Origin: Longimicrobiales bacterium
GTDB taxonomy: Bacteria; Gemmatimonadota; Gemmatimonadetes; Longimicrobiales; Gaopeijiaceae
Assembly: GCA_963667485.2 (NCBI GenBank)
Contig: CAXXDD010000001.1
Coordinates: 913,773-977,772 of the forward strand
DNA length: 64,000 nucleotides
Direction of reading: 5' to 3'
The translations under genes and the position numbers were made by a program. The notes under the pieces were generated by a model. It saw nothing but the letters and a program-made list of their open reading frames with translations, was not told where the DNA came from and did no database searches. Below are positions 46,871 through 59,836 of the stretch, in pieces; the stretch's first letter is position 1; each line of letters starts with the position of its first letter.

Positions 46871-47542
46871 TCAGTCGCCCACGATCGTCGCCCTCACCAC
46901 GTGATCGAGCTGCGGGAATTCGTCGTTCAGGTACGCGTTCCCGCGGTACTGGATCAGGCCCTGCATCGGCCCGTTGCCGTTCGGCGCGCCCTCGCCGTAC
47001 CCGGAATAGAGTGCGTCGACGACCTCCATCCCTTCGACGACCTGCCCGAAGGGCGAGAATCCCATGCCGTCCAGGCGGCTGTTGTCCACGAAGTTGATGA
47101 AGATCTGGGTTGTGCGCGTGTTCGGGCCGCCCATCGCGTAGCTGATGAACCCCCGGGCGTTGCTCTGCAGCACTTCGTCGTCGGGAATCCGCTGCTCCCG
47201 CCAGGCGGATGCCACCGCCGAGTCGCCGTGGATGCCGAACTGGGCCATGAACCCGTTGATCACCCGGAAAAACCGGACGTCGTCGTAGTACCCGTTGGAC
47301 ACCAGGTTGTAAAAGCGGTCGGCGCCGTTGGGCGACCAGTCGCGGTGGACCTCGATCACGAAGTCGCCCTTGCTGGTCTCGAAGCGGGCCTGGAAGACGT
47401 CGGGGGCGGTGGCGGTCAGTGCGTCGGGGGTGAGGAGCATGGGATTGTAGTCAGGTCCTGATTCACAGGCGGAGAGGTAGGCGGCCCCCGCGAGTGCGAG
47501 GACGGCTGCGAGGAAACGGGGTCTGGCCCCTGAGTTGGTCAC
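46871..47542 (-). CDS. Cyclophilin-type peptidyl-prolyl cis-trans isomerase, lipoprotein
   Basis: FETSKGDFVIEVHRDWSPNGADRFYNLV..GYYDDVRFFRVINGFMAQFG...GNGPMQ is the canonical cyclophilin core. The lipobox is YLSAC. Confidence 0.9.
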   Translation of the reverse strand: MTNSGARPRFLAAVLALAGAAYLSACESGPDYNPMLLTPDALTATAPDVFQARFETSKGDFVIEVHRDWSPNGADRFYNLVSNGYYDDVRFFRVINGFMAQFGIHGDSAVASAWREQRIPDDEVLQSNARGFISYAMGGPNTRTTQIFINFVDNSRLDGMGFSPFGQVVEGMEVVDALYSGYGEGAPNGNGPMQGLIQYRGNAYLNDEFPQLDHVVRATIVGD

Positions 47543-47762
47543 GTTGGCCTCCAGGTTGGTGTGCCGGTCCCGGGGTCGCTGCCCCGGTCGCGTAAGGACG
47601 ATTGCCGGATCGCGTACAAAACGACTGAATCAATAATGTCGGACAACCGGGTCGCACGGGTAGTGTATCCAAGTAAAGAGGCCGACCACCCAGGTGCGGC
47701 CACCGGCACAGTGATCACCCGCTTCCATCTCGCCCCGACAGACCTGCAGGAGACAAACCGCA

Positions 47763-49139
47763 ATGAACCCGGCCCGCTTGAGCGCAATTGTTCCGACCAC
47801 CATCGCACTCACCCTTGTCGCCACCGCCCTCTCCGCCCAGGAGGTGATCGAGCTTCCGGGCCGGGACCAGCGCATCGATCCCGACTTCGAGGAGGTGTAC
47901 CGGGTCGGCGTCCTCGACGGCGAGTCCTGGGAGATGCTCGGCCAAGTGGTCAAGCTGGCATTCGATGAACGGGGCAACCTCTACGTTTTCGATCGCTCCG
48001 GGAGCGTGGTGTCAGGAAACTTGCGCGTCCTCGTGTTCGACGCGTCCGGCGAGTTCGTCCGCGAGTTCGGCTCTTCGGGCGGTGGGCCCGGCGAGTTCAG
48101 CCGGCCCATGAGCTACGCCGTCCTGCGCGACGGTACCACGGTCGTCGGAGACATGGGTCACCAGGCCTACCAGATCTTCGACCCCTCGGGAGAGTTCGTG
48201 CGCATGGTTCGGGCCGATGCCGGCAACTCGGTGGCCGGGCTGACACAGGCGATCGCCGCAGTTACAACCCCCATACAACCGGATCCGCGGGGAGGTGCGG
48301 TGTACGCCGCCGCGACCGGAGGGAGTTTCAGCATCAGCAGTTCCGCGACGGAACAGGCACCCCCCACGGCCCGCCCGGTCACCCGCATGGCGCTCGGCGG
48401 CGAAGCCATTCAAACCGACACGGTCGCCCGTGGCTGGCTTCCCCCGCGCGTCGAGGAAGCAGATCCGTTCGAAGACATGACCACGTCCGATGGGCGCAGG
48501 GTGAGCATCGCCCGCGGGCCGGGCAGCGTGTCGGGCCTGTCGAGACCCTCGACCTTCGAACCGCCGCTCCTCGTAGGAGTCCTCCCCGATGGCGGCATCG
48601 CGTACTCGGATTCTTCCGCGTACGTGCTCAAGGTCACGGCGCCTGGAGCGGGAGACGTGAGTCGAGTTCTCACGCGACCCCTCCAGCCCGAGCCCGTGAC
48701 TCCGCGAATCGAGGAGAACTACCAGGAACTGCGGGAAGCCATGGGCGAGGAGGGGAGGGGCGGCCGACCGGCCGGCGGCACCGCCATCGTGCAATTCAAG
48801 AGCAGCTCGAGCAGCGGAGGGGCCGCGTCGACGGGCGCTGCGACGTCGATGACGCTGGCCATGGCGGACCCCCCCTTCTACCATGAGATCCCCGTCCTCC
48901 AGAGCCTCTACACCACATGGGAGGGCCGGATCTGGGTCATGCGTCAGGGCGACGAGCTTATCGGCGACGGGCCCATCGATGTCGTGTCCGCCGAGGGCGA
49001 GTACGTCGGCACCTACCGCACCGGCGCGACCGAGATGCCCGACGCATTCGGCCCGGGCGGACTGGCGGCGTTCATCGAACTGGACGAATATGACGTGGCC
49101 AGCGTGGTGGTGCGGAGGCTGCCGGCCGAGGTTCGCTGA
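47763..49139 (+). CDS. Secreted 6-bladed beta-propeller (NHL/TolB-like) protein
   Basis: It has a signal peptide and repeated G.GPGEF / VFD.SGEFVR blades. It is a paralogue of 61905-63026. Confidence 0.55.
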   Translation: MNPARLSAIVPTTIALTLVATALSAQEVIELPGRDQRIDPDFEEVYRVGVLDGESWEMLGQVVKLAFDERGNLYVFDRSGSVVSGNLRVLVFDASGEFVREFGSSGGGPGEFSRPMSYAVLRDGTTVVGDMGHQAYQIFDPSGEFVRMVRADAGNSVAGLTQAIAAVTTPIQPDPRGGAVYAAATGGSFSISSSATEQAPPTARPVTRMALGGEAIQTDTVARGWLPPRVEEADPFEDMTTSDGRRVSIARGPGSVSGLSRPSTFEPPLLVGVLPDGGIAYSDSSAYVLKVTAPGAGDVSRVLTRPLQPEPVTPRIEENYQELREAMGEEGRGGRPAGGTAIVQFKSSSSSGGAASTGAATSMTLAMADPPFYHEIPVLQSLYTTWEGRIWVMRQGDELIGDGPIDVVSAEGEYVGTYRTGATEMPDAFGPGGLAAFIELDEYDVASVVVRRLPAEVR

Positions 49140-49251
49140 ACCCGGGCAGCGGCAGCCGCCGACCTGCGCCGGCTGATCCGGAAGCGCCGCCCACACCGGG
49201 GCCGCGCCGCCCACGCCATTCTGCCGCACGAAGCAGCCTGGAGAAACCGTC

Positions 49252-50505
49252 ATGCGCCGCACCGTCACGTCCCGCGCCCCCTTCCCGCACCGCGCGATCC
49301 TCTTCCTCTTCGTCCTCCTGGCCGCCGCGGCCCAAACGGTGGCCGCCCAGACGTACTTCCCCGGCCGCCATCCGGACTGGGAACGCCGCAGCCCCGAAGC
49401 GGCGGGCTTCGATCCTGCCGGGATCCAGCGCGCGATCGACATTGCGATAGCGGGGGAATCGCAGTCACCGCGCGACCTCTCCTTCAATCACCTTGGCACC
49501 TTCGGCCGCGAGCCCCTGGGCGACGCCGTCGGCCCCTTCACGGTCCGCGGTCCGCAGTCGGGCGTGATCGTGCACAAGGGCTACATCATTGCCGAGTGGG
49601 GTGACCCGTCCAAGGCCGACAACACCTTCAGCGTCTCGAAGAGCTTTCTTTCGACCACGGTCGGGCTGGCCTGGGACCACGGCCTGATCGGCGATGTCGA
49701 CGACCTGGTGCGCGACTACATCCCGCCCATCATCCTCGACACCGGCGACGGCGAGCCCGGCGACGAGAACGGCCGCCGGCCGAAGCTGCTGTTCGAGTCC
49801 GAGCACAACCGCAAGATCAGCTGGGACCACATGCTGAGGCAGACGAGCGACTGGGAGGGAACGCTGTGGGGCAAGCCCGAGTGGGCCGACCGTCCCGACC
49901 AGGACCGCTCGACCTGGGGCACGCGCCCGCGCAACGAGCCCGGAACCGCCTACGAGTACAACGACACGCGCGTCAACCTGCTGGCGCTGGCGGCCACGGC
50001 GGTGTGGCGGCGCCCGCTCCCCGAAGTCCTGCGCGAGCATGTCATGGACCCGATCGGAGCGTCCACGACCTGGGGCTGGCACGGCTACGACAACTCGTGG
50101 GTCATCCTGGACGGCCGCGAGGTCCAGGCCGTCAGCGGCGGCGCGCACTGGGGCGGCGGCATGATCCTCAGCGCCTACGACCAGGCCCGCTTCGGCCTCT
50201 TCACCATGCACAAGGGCAACTGGGACGGGAAGCAGCTCCTCTCCGAGGACTGGTTCGACATGGCGACCACCCCCGGCGAGGTCAACCAGAGTTACGGCTT
50301 CATGAATTTTTCGCTCAACACCGACCAGCGCCGCTACCCGAACGCGCCCGAGTACACCTGGACCCACACCGGCGCCGGCTCGAACCTGATCTACGTGGAC
50401 CCCGAGAACGAACTCGTGATCGTGTGCCGCTGGATCCGCGGCGGGGCGTTCACCGACGTGGTGCACACGGTGCTGGGGGCGATGGGCGAGGTGGCGGAGA
50501 ACTGA
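49252..50505 (+). CDS. Serine hydrolase (beta-lactamase family)
   Basis: It has a signal peptide, the SxxK motif FSVSKSF, and YEYNDTRVNLL and HTGAGSN blocks. Confidence 0.8.
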   Translation: MRRTVTSRAPFPHRAILFLFVLLAAAAQTVAAQTYFPGRHPDWERRSPEAAGFDPAGIQRAIDIAIAGESQSPRDLSFNHLGTFGREPLGDAVGPFTVRGPQSGVIVHKGYIIAEWGDPSKADNTFSVSKSFLSTTVGLAWDHGLIGDVDDLVRDYIPPIILDTGDGEPGDENGRRPKLLFESEHNRKISWDHMLRQTSDWEGTLWGKPEWADRPDQDRSTWGTRPRNEPGTAYEYNDTRVNLLALAATAVWRRPLPEVLREHVMDPIGASTTWGWHGYDNSWVILDGREVQAVSGGAHWGGGMILSAYDQARFGLFTMHKGNWDGKQLLSEDWFDMATTPGEVNQSYGFMNFSLNTDQRRYPNAPEYTWTHTGAGSNLIYVDPENELVIVCRWIRGGAFTDVVHTVLGAMGEVAEN

Positions 50506-50508
50506 CGG

Positions 50509-51264
50509 CTAGTTGTAACCGATCCGGCCTTGGGCCGCCGACCGCCAGACACCGAGGGTTCCGATCGTGATCCAGCCTAGGGCGTAGGCGAAGGTAATCA
50601 GGACCGGCTGCAGGCGAAACGGCAGGTCGCCGGTCAATCCCAAGCCGAATCGGAGGACATCCGGGACCGGAAACAGGACGAAGCGGGCGAGCAGTATCGG
50701 CCCGCCCCTGACCAGTTCCGGTTGGCTCACCTCCGGGTCAAAGATCGCTACGCCCATAATGATCAGGCCGAGAACGGCCGTCCGGCTGCCACGCGGTAGC
50801 CACGCCGCGGTGCCGAAGGCCATGGACGCGATGGTGAAGGACGCCAGTGCACCCACGGGCAGTGCCAGGACCGTGGGTCTCACCGGATCCCACCCCATCC
50901 CCTTGCCGAAGAGGACACATGCGGTACCGAAGAGGACGGATAGCCCCACGGTCGCCGCAAGGGTTTCGGCGAATTGCCTGAAGACGAATCGCACCTCGTG
51001 CACCGGTTTTTGGAACCACAGTGCCGCTTCAGATCCGATGAGGTTGCGGGGGTTGGCAGCCAGCACCAAAGGGATGGCGATGTAGCTGACCAGTATCCCC
51101 ATTGCCCAGTAGACGAAGTCGTCGCCGAGAAGGTCGTTGCTCCGGGCGCGGATAGTCAGAAGGAACATGACGGCCATAAGAGCGATCACACCGCCCAATC
51201 CCTTGGTCCGGGACCGGACCAACAAGGTGATGCGCCTATGAAAGGGGACCAGGGACCGCGTCAT
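50509..51264 (-). CDS. Multi-pass membrane protein, probable ABC-transporter permease partner
   Basis: About 6 hydrophobic segments. It overlaps the upstream ABC ATPase gene by 29 nt. Confidence 0.5.
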   Translation of the reverse strand: MTRSLVPFHRRITLLVRSRTKGLGGVIALMAVMFLLTIRARSNDLLGDDFVYWAMGILVSYIAIPLVLAANPRNLIGSEAALWFQKPVHEVRFVFRQFAETLAATVGLSVLFGTACVLFGKGMGWDPVRPTVLALPVGALASFTIASMAFGTAAWLPRGSRTAVLGLIIMGVAIFDPEVSQPELVRGGPILLARFVLFPVPDVLRFGLGLTGDLPFRLQPVLITFAYALGWITIGTLGVWRSAAQGRIGYN

Positions 51265-52021
51265 TGCTTCCTCCGAAGAACTCCCTTTCCAGTCCGGCAA
51301 CGGAAACGGCGTCGCCCGGTTCCAGCGTCTTGGTGGCTTTCGTACAACCACCCTCCAGAAACACGATCCTGTCGGCCAGGCGAGCAGTTTCTGCGAGGTC
51401 GTGGGTCGCGAGGAGCACGGCGGCTCCCCGTGCCCGGGCAGCACGCATCTGGTGCCGGAGCGCGCGCCGGGCGGGCGGATCGAGACCGGCGAAAGGCTCG
51501 TCGAGCACCACGACATCCGGGTCGCCGATCAAGGCGCAGGCCAGCCACAGCCTGCGCTGCGTGCCGTTGGAACACTTCCCGACCTCCTTCGCGAGAGAAC
51601 GTCGATCCAGTGCGGCTCTCTTCTGGGCAAGAGAGTACTCGCTTCGGCGGTCCCTGCGGCCAACGGCCAGATCTGCGCCCCGCCCCAGCACGTCCAGGCC
51701 TGTCCAGCCACGCGGGAGTTTCGCGGACTCCGGCAGGTATCCAATTCCGTGCCGCCGCCGGTACTCGGCGGGCGGGAGACCGCCCACCAGGCAATCGCCA
51801 CTGTCCGGACGCATGAACCCCAGCAACACCCGGAAGAGGGTCGTCTTTCCAGCGCCGTTCGGACCGACCACTGCGGTGATCTCGCCGGACCCGGCCCCAA
51901 AGGTGACGCCGCGGAGAACCGGGCGGCTTCCGAGGAACCGCCGGTACGACGCAACCAGGTCCTGCACCCGGATGCAGTGCTCGTCCGAGTTCACGATGCC
52001 GGGTTCGGGCGTTTTCGTCAT
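51236..52021 (-). CDS. ABC transporter ATP-binding protein
   Basis: Walker A GPNGAGKTT, a signature-like CSNGTQRRL, Walker B VVVLDEPFAGLD and an H-loop ATHD. Confidence 0.88.
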   Translation of the reverse strand: MTKTPEPGIVNSDEHCIRVQDLVASYRRFLGSRPVLRGVTFGAGSGEITAVVGPNGAGKTTLFRVLLGFMRPDSGDCLVGGLPPAEYRRRHGIGYLPESAKLPRGWTGLDVLGRGADLAVGRRDRRSEYSLAQKRAALDRRSLAKEVGKCSNGTQRRLWLACALIGDPDVVVLDEPFAGLDPPARRALRHQMRAARARGAAVLLATHDLAETARLADRIVFLEGGCTKATKTLEPGDAVSVAGLEREFFGGSNDAVPGPLS

Positions 52022-52172
52022 CCGATCCTGCTCGACCTTGGCTGTTGGCGAGTCACAGATAGCAATACGACTATCCGATACGCAATCAACATGTCGTCTC
52101 GGACGAGACGATGCGAGCTATGAAACTGTCGAGACGATCGCTAGCAGCCCGGAAAATCGCTCAAAGGAATCT

Positions 52173-53084
52173 CTACTTGTGCAGATCGTCCACCCGCAGC
52201 GACACCCCCGTCGCCGTCCGCACAATGTCCGGCTGGATCCGCGGGATGGCGCGCCCCCGGAAGTGCGCCAGCAACGCCTCGACGGTCGCGAAATCACCGA
52301 GATCCTCCAGCGTGCGAATCGTCGGGAAGATCATGGGCAGCCGCCCGCGCCGATGCCGCTGCAGCGCCGCGCGGGGCGTGAGCCACACCGCATCGGTCAT
52401 CTCGCGCCGGTCGTAGACGGCCCTCGACCCGGCGGGCACCCTGGCCGCGAAGAAGCGGGTATCGTAGCGGCGGGGTTCGACGGAGGGGGTGACCCAATGG
52501 GCGATGTACTCGATCGCGGCACCATCCAGGCGCGCATCCAGCCCCTCGAGCACGGCGGCGAATGATGCTCCGCCCCCCAGGAGGGCCTCCCGCGCTTCGC
52601 CCACAACCTCCCCATCCGGCAGCCCGTTCGCGGCGACCACCCCCGCCAGCAGCCCCGTCTCCTCGACGGCCTCCCGCAGCGCGGCCGCGTAGTACGCAAT
52701 CGCGGGAGGATCGGCGTCCGGCGGCAGCCCCAGCCGCTCGGCCGCGGCTTCGCGCGTCAGCCCGTCCCAGCACCGCGCCAGCGCGTCCTGCCCGTCGGCC
52801 GCGTCCACCCGCCCACCCGGGAACACGTACGCGCCCGGCACGAACCCGGTGGCGCGATTGCGGCGCAGCAGCAGCACCTCGGGCCCGTCCGCACCCTCGC
52901 GCATGACCACCACCGTCGCCGACGGGACGGCCGCGGCGGGCACGGCGGCAACGTTCTCAAGCGTATCGACGAACCCCGGCGGCAGCCGCTCCGCGGGGAT
53001 CTCGTAGGGCGGCGGGCTGCCTGCGGGGCTCGGCCGGTCGCCGTCGCCCGGCGCGGCCCCGCCCGCGTCAGTTGCCCGCGGCAT
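52173..53084 (-). CDS. NUDIX hydrolase
   Basis: The Nudix box reads FPGGRVD...AALREAVEETGLL. Confidence 0.75.
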   Translation of the reverse strand: MPRATDAGGAAPGDGDRPSPAGSPPPYEIPAERLPPGFVDTLENVAAVPAAAVPSATVVVMREGADGPEVLLLRRNRATGFVPGAYVFPGGRVDAADGQDALARCWDGLTREAAAERLGLPPDADPPAIAYYAAALREAVEETGLLAGVVAANGLPDGEVVGEAREALLGGGASFAAVLEGLDARLDGAAIEYIAHWVTPSVEPRRYDTRFFAARVPAGSRAVYDRREMTDAVWLTPRAALQRHRRGRLPMIFPTIRTLEDLGDFATVEALLAHFRGRAIPRIQPDIVRTATGVSLRVDDLHK

Positions 53085-54720
53085 GCCCGTCCTTCCTGGG
53101 CTCCGACGCCGCGGCCCACCCCTTCTCCAGCCGCAGGATCACCTGCGCGCCACCAAAGTCGGTACGCGTCCAGTCCGCCAGCTCATGCCCCCGCGCCTCC
53201 AGGTCCGCCGCCACCTCGTCGCTGATCCGCTCGATGGCGACCCGCGTGCCCGACAGGTGCCGGAACCGCGCCGCGTCGACCGCCTCCTGCGGGTCCATCC
53301 CGAAGACGAGCATGTTGAGGAGCAGCTGCGTGTGCCCCTGCGGCTGCATCGAGCCGCCCATGAGCCCGAAGGCAATGAGCGGATCGCCGTCCTTCGTGAC
53401 GAAACCCGGGATGATCGTGTGGAAGGGGCGTTTGCGCGGGCCGACCTGGTTGGGGTGGCCGTCGTCGAAGACGAAGCCGGCGCCGCGGTTCTGCAGAGCG
53501 AAGCCGAGCCCGGGGATCACGACCCCCGAGCCGAACCCCGAGTACACCGAGTTGATGAACGACACCATGTTGCCGTCGGAGTCGGCGACGGTGAGGTAGA
53601 TGGTCTCGGAGTCGGTGACGGCGCGGCCCGGACCCACCCGGTCGGCCGCGACGCGGGGGTCGATGAGGGCGCGCCGCGCGTCGATGTAGGACGGGTTGAG
53701 GAGCGACATGGGGTCGATCTCCATGTGGTCGGCGTCCGACACGTAGCGGTTCAGGTCGGCGAAGGCCAGCTTCTTCACCTCGATCAGGTGGTGGAGATAG
53801 TCGGCGGAGTTGTGGCCCATGCCCGCGAGGTCCATCGGCTCGAGGAGCTCGAGCATCTCCAGCGCCGCGATCCCCTGTCCCGCGGGCGGCAGCTCCCAGA
53901 CCGTGTAGCCGCGGAAGTCGGTGCTGAGGGGCTCGACCCAGCGCGGTTGATGGGTGGCGAGATCCTCCAGCGTCAGGAAGCCGCCCAATTCTTCGAGGCC
54001 GTCGACCAGTTCACGTCCCAGAGCGCCTCCGTAGAGGACGCCGGGCCCCTCGTCGGCGATCCTCTGAAAAGAACGGGCAATATCGGGATTCGTGTGCCAC
54101 TCACCGGCACGCGGCGCCCGCTCGCCGTCGACCAGGTAGGTGGCTCTGGCGCCGGCGTCGCGCGCGAGCTTCTCGGTTGCGCCGCCCCACTGCCGCGCGA
54201 TGACGGGGGTCACGGGGAAGCCCTCGCTCGCGATGCGGATGGCGGGCTGCAGGACCTCGCCGAGGGTTAGCTTGCCGAAACGCTCGACCAGGGCGTGCCA
54301 GCCGGAGACCGCACCCGGCACGGTGACCGCTTCGGGGCCGGACCCCGGAACCCGGTCGTGCCCGCGCGCCTTCAGCGCCTCGACGGTCATCCCGCTGCCG
54401 CTCCGCCCGCTGGCGTCGATCCCGAAGAGTTCGCCGGTCTCGGCCCACCACACGATCGAGAACGCGTCGCCGCCCATCCCGGTCATGTGCGGTTCGGTCA
54501 CGTTGAGCACGGCCGCGGCGGCCACGGCGCCGTCGATGGCGTTGCCGCCCTGCTGCATGATCTCGAGGGCAGCGGCGGTGGCGAGGGGCTGGCTTGTGGC
54601 CGCGGCCGCGCGCGGGGCGTAGACGGTGGAGCGCCGCCCCATGTCGGGCTGCTGGGAGTGGATATCCATGGGCAGGGTGGCCGTCACGGCGACGGCGAGG
54701 ACGAGGTGTCGGGTCGGCAT
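53068..54720 (-). CDS. ggt: Gamma-glutamyltransferase
   Basis: LEIMQQGGNAIDGAVAAAAVLNVTEPHMTGMGGDAF, and the autoprocessing Thr context DSETIYLTVADSDGNMVS...GSGVV.PG.GF.LQNRG. Confidence 0.9.
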   Translation of the reverse strand: MPTRHLVLAVAVTATLPMDIHSQQPDMGRRSTVYAPRAAAATSQPLATAAALEIMQQGGNAIDGAVAAAAVLNVTEPHMTGMGGDAFSIVWWAETGELFGIDASGRSGSGMTVEALKARGHDRVPGSGPEAVTVPGAVSGWHALVERFGKLTLGEVLQPAIRIASEGFPVTPVIARQWGGATEKLARDAGARATYLVDGERAPRAGEWHTNPDIARSFQRIADEGPGVLYGGALGRELVDGLEELGGFLTLEDLATHQPRWVEPLSTDFRGYTVWELPPAGQGIAALEMLELLEPMDLAGMGHNSADYLHHLIEVKKLAFADLNRYVSDADHMEIDPMSLLNPSYIDARRALIDPRVAADRVGPGRAVTDSETIYLTVADSDGNMVSFINSVYSGFGSGVVIPGLGFALQNRGAGFVFDDGHPNQVGPRKRPFHTIIPGFVTKDGDPLIAFGLMGGSMQPQGHTQLLLNMLVFGMDPQEAVDAARFRHLSGTRVAIERISDEVAADLEARGHELADWTRTDFGGAQVILRLEKGWAAASEPRKDGHAAGN

Positions 54721-54867
54721 CGCATGTGTCCTTGAAGGTGCTGGGGGGTGTCGGAGGCGTCGGGCGACGGTTCATCGCCGGCCCGCTCACCGCCTGAAGT
54801 TAGGGACCGGCGGGGGCGGGCGGCCAGCCGTTTCCACCCGTGATGGCTGCCTTCGACCCGCCAGTTT

Positions 54868-54945
54868 CTGCCAGAATGGCCGCTTTTCGTCCGGGCGTCC
54901 TGCCATTTTGGCCGACTTGATGATGTGTTTCTGCCAGTATGGCAG
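54868..54945. promoter_or_regulatory. Three phased copies of CTGCCA-N3-TGGC(A/C)G in the ggt/lon divergent intergenic region
   Basis: The sites are ctgccagaatggccg (starts 54868), ctgccattttggccg (starts 54900) and the perfect palindrome ctgccagtatggcag (54931-54945). Their starts are 32 and 31 bp apart, about 200-270 bp upstream of the lon ATG. Confidence 0.4.
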
Positions 54946-55139
54946 TACTATGACGGGTAACCAGGGGCCGGGCTTCCTCGTAGAGGTGGCAAGGTTCGTG
55001 CAGGTTCACGCGTTCTTCAGGTCGCGCGGATGAATCCTGCAGGCTGCAACGGTGTATGCCAGTGGGGTTCTGAAAGCGACAACCGAGATCGGGCGATGCC
55101 CGCCAAAGCGCCCCCCGGGGCGACGAGAGGTCATAGAAC

Positions 55140-57737
<2,598 letters not shown>

Positions 57738-57831
57738 GGGGTGGCGCCCGCCAGGCAGCGCCCCGCGAGTCCCATCCGAGCATCGTGGTGTCCCTGCTCG
57801 TTTCCGCGGGACCGCGGTGGGCGTGCCTGAG

Positions 57832-58893
57832 CTAGGCGACCACAATCTGTCCGGCGGGCCCTTCGACGGCCTTCCCCAACACGGCTCCCCGCTCACCCCT
57901 GGCTTCGAGCTCGGCGAGCAGGGCGGCGGTCTGTCCCGGCGGGCTGGCGATCACCAGACCACCAGATGTCTGCGCGTCGGCGAGCAGGATGCGGGTGGCG
58001 TCGTCCACCCCATCGGCGTAGCTCACCGCATCCGCCGCATCGGTCTGGTTGCGGCGCGTCCCGCCCGGCACGTGGCCGGCCTCGACCAACTCGACCACGC
58101 CATCGAGCACGGGAACGCTCGCCGAGGCGATCCGGGCCGACACGCCCGATGCGCGCAGCATGTTGCAGAGGTGGCCGATCAGTCCGTAGCCGGTGACGTC
58201 GGTGGCGGCCCGGGCGCCGGCAGCCAGCGCCGCTTCGGACGCGGCCCGGTTCAGGTGCGCCATCATCTCGACGGCCGCCCGCAGGACCGGTTCCGGACAC
58301 GCTCCCGCCTTGATCGCGGTGGCGACGATCCCTGAGCCGAGCGGCTTGGTCAGCACAAGATCGTCGGCGGCGCGGGCGCGGTCGTTGGTCAGCATGGTGT
58401 CCGGATCGACCTCGCCGACCGCGACCATCCCGTATTTCGGCTCGGCATCGTCGATGGAATGACCACCCAGCACCGAGATGCCGGCCTCGCGCGCCTTTTC
58501 GACGCCGCCGCGAACAATCTCCTCTGCCAGTCCCTCCGCGAGGAGATCCCGGGGAAAGGACAGCAGGTTGAGTGCGAAGAGCGGTCGCCCTCCCATTGCA
58601 TACACATCCGAAAGGGCGTTGGCGGCGGCGATTCGACCGAAATCGTACGGGTCGTCGACGATCGGGGTGAAGAAGTCGAGGGTGACGACCAGCGCGCGCC
58701 CGTCGGCAAGACGATACACGGCGGCGTCGTCCCTCTGGCTGGCGTCCACCAGAACCCGAGGGTCGTCGGAGGGAATCATGTGACGCAGCACCTGCGCCAG
58801 CTCGGCCTGGCCGAGCTTACACGCTCAGCCGGCGCCGTGCGACAGGGTGCTGAGCCGTATCCGCTCTCTCTGATCGCGGTCTTGACGGGTCAT
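57832..58893 (-). CDS. selD: Selenide, water dikinase (selenophosphate synthetase) with an in-frame UGA (58825-58827) at the catalytic Sec/Cys position
   Basis: The ORF track starts at 58791, but the frame continues upstream through one TGA to ATG 58893: MTRQDRDQRERIRLSTLSHGAG-U-ACKLGQAELAQVLRHM. G-x-G-(U/C)-x-C-K is the SelD N-terminal active-site loop. The rest (DAAVY..FFTPIVDDPYDFGRIAAANALSDVYAMGG) is canonical SelD. Confidence 0.85.
58799..58817 (-). promoter_or_regulatory. Candidate SECIS hairpin downstream of the selD UGA
   Basis: The mRNA reads UGA GCGUGUA AGCUCGGC-CAG-GCCGAGCU, a perfect 8-bp stem beginning 7 nt after the UGA. Confidence 0.5.
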
Positions 58894-58987
58894 GGTGAGA
58901 ATGTAAGCGAATGGTGCCGCGGCAGGGGGTTTACATTGACCGATTCGGTGCCCATCCTCATGACATGATGACTGCGGATTTCACCAC

Positions 58988-59836
58988 ATGAACGCACCAG
59001 CCTGGTCGGCCCGTCAGGAGTTCGCCCGCGAGGTGGAGCGCCCGGAAGAGGACCTGAACCTCGCGCGGGCGGCGCTCCTCGTGGCGCAGGAGGAGTACGT
59101 CCAGCTTCCGGTGGACCGCTACCTGGTGCGTTTCGATGTGCTCGCCGAGGAGGTTCGCGACCGCCTCGCGTCGGAGCGGGCGCAGCCGATCGTCCTGACC
59201 GAGACGCTCCGGCACCTCTTCGCGGTCCGCAAGATGCGCGGGAACCGCAACCACTATCACGACCCGCGCAACTCCTTTCTGAACGACGTTCTCGACCGCG
59301 GACTCGGGATCCCGCTGACGCTCGCCATCGTGTTGCTGGAAGTCGGATGGCGCCTCGATGTGCCGCTCGAAGGGGTGAACTTCCCGGGCCATTTCCTGGT
59401 GCGCTACCCGGGTGAGGCGGTCGAATTCCTGATCGATCCCTTCCACGGCGGCAAGGTCCGGCTTCGGTCGGAGGCGCAGAAGATCCTCGACCGGCAGCAC
59501 GGCGGTGTGGTGCGGCTGGACGACCGTCACCTCAAGACCGCCACCAAGCACGACATGATCGTGCGGCTCCTGCTCAACCTGAAGGGCATCTACCATCGCA
59601 CGAGGGATCATGGCCGGGCGCTGGCCGCGGTGGAGCGCATCCTGGTCCTGCGCCCGACGGCGCCGTCGCAGATCCGCGACCGTGGCTACCTGCTGGCGCA
59701 GCTGGGGCGGCCCGAAGAGGCGGTCACCCAGCTGGAGACGTACCTGACCTTCGCGCCGGCCGCGCGGGATGTGCAGCGGGTTGAGGCGCTGGTGCGGGAG
59801 CTGAGGGCGAACGGCAAGCCCGGCAGTCAGTGGTAG
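58988..59836 (+). CDS. SirB1/YchA-like protein (transglutaminase-like + TPR)
   Basis: NSFLNDVLDRGLGIPLTLAIVLLEVGWRLDVPLEGVNFPGHFLVRY...IDPFHGG is the SirB1-family core. The C-terminus is TPR-like. Confidence 0.7.
   Translation: MNAPAWSARQEFAREVERPEEDLNLARAALLVAQEEYVQLPVDRYLVRFDVLAEEVRDRLASERAQPIVLTETLRHLFAVRKMRGNRNHYHDPRNSFLNDVLDRGLGIPLTLAIVLLEVGWRLDVPLEGVNFPGHFLVRYPGEAVEFLIDPFHGGKVRLRSEAQKILDRQHGGVVRLDDRHLKTATKHDMIVRLLLNLKGIYHRTRDHGRALAAVERILVLRPTAPSQIRDRGYLLAQLGRPEEAVTQLETYLTFAPAARDVQRVEALVRELRANGKPGSQW

Noticed and set aside
52090-52112. A perfect hairpin tcgtctcg-ga-cgagacga in the A+T-richer gap downstream of the NUDIX gene, as an intrinsic terminator.
   Set aside because: It is plausible, but the hairpin lies 60 nt or more from the stop codon, has a 2-nt loop and is not followed by a clear U-tract on the minus strand. 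That is too weak to list as a feature.
57832-58791. The track's shorter selD ORF (319 aa) as the real gene.
   Set aside because: It lacks the glycine-rich catalytic loop that all SelD proteins have. That loop is encoded immediately upstream in frame, across a single TGA.
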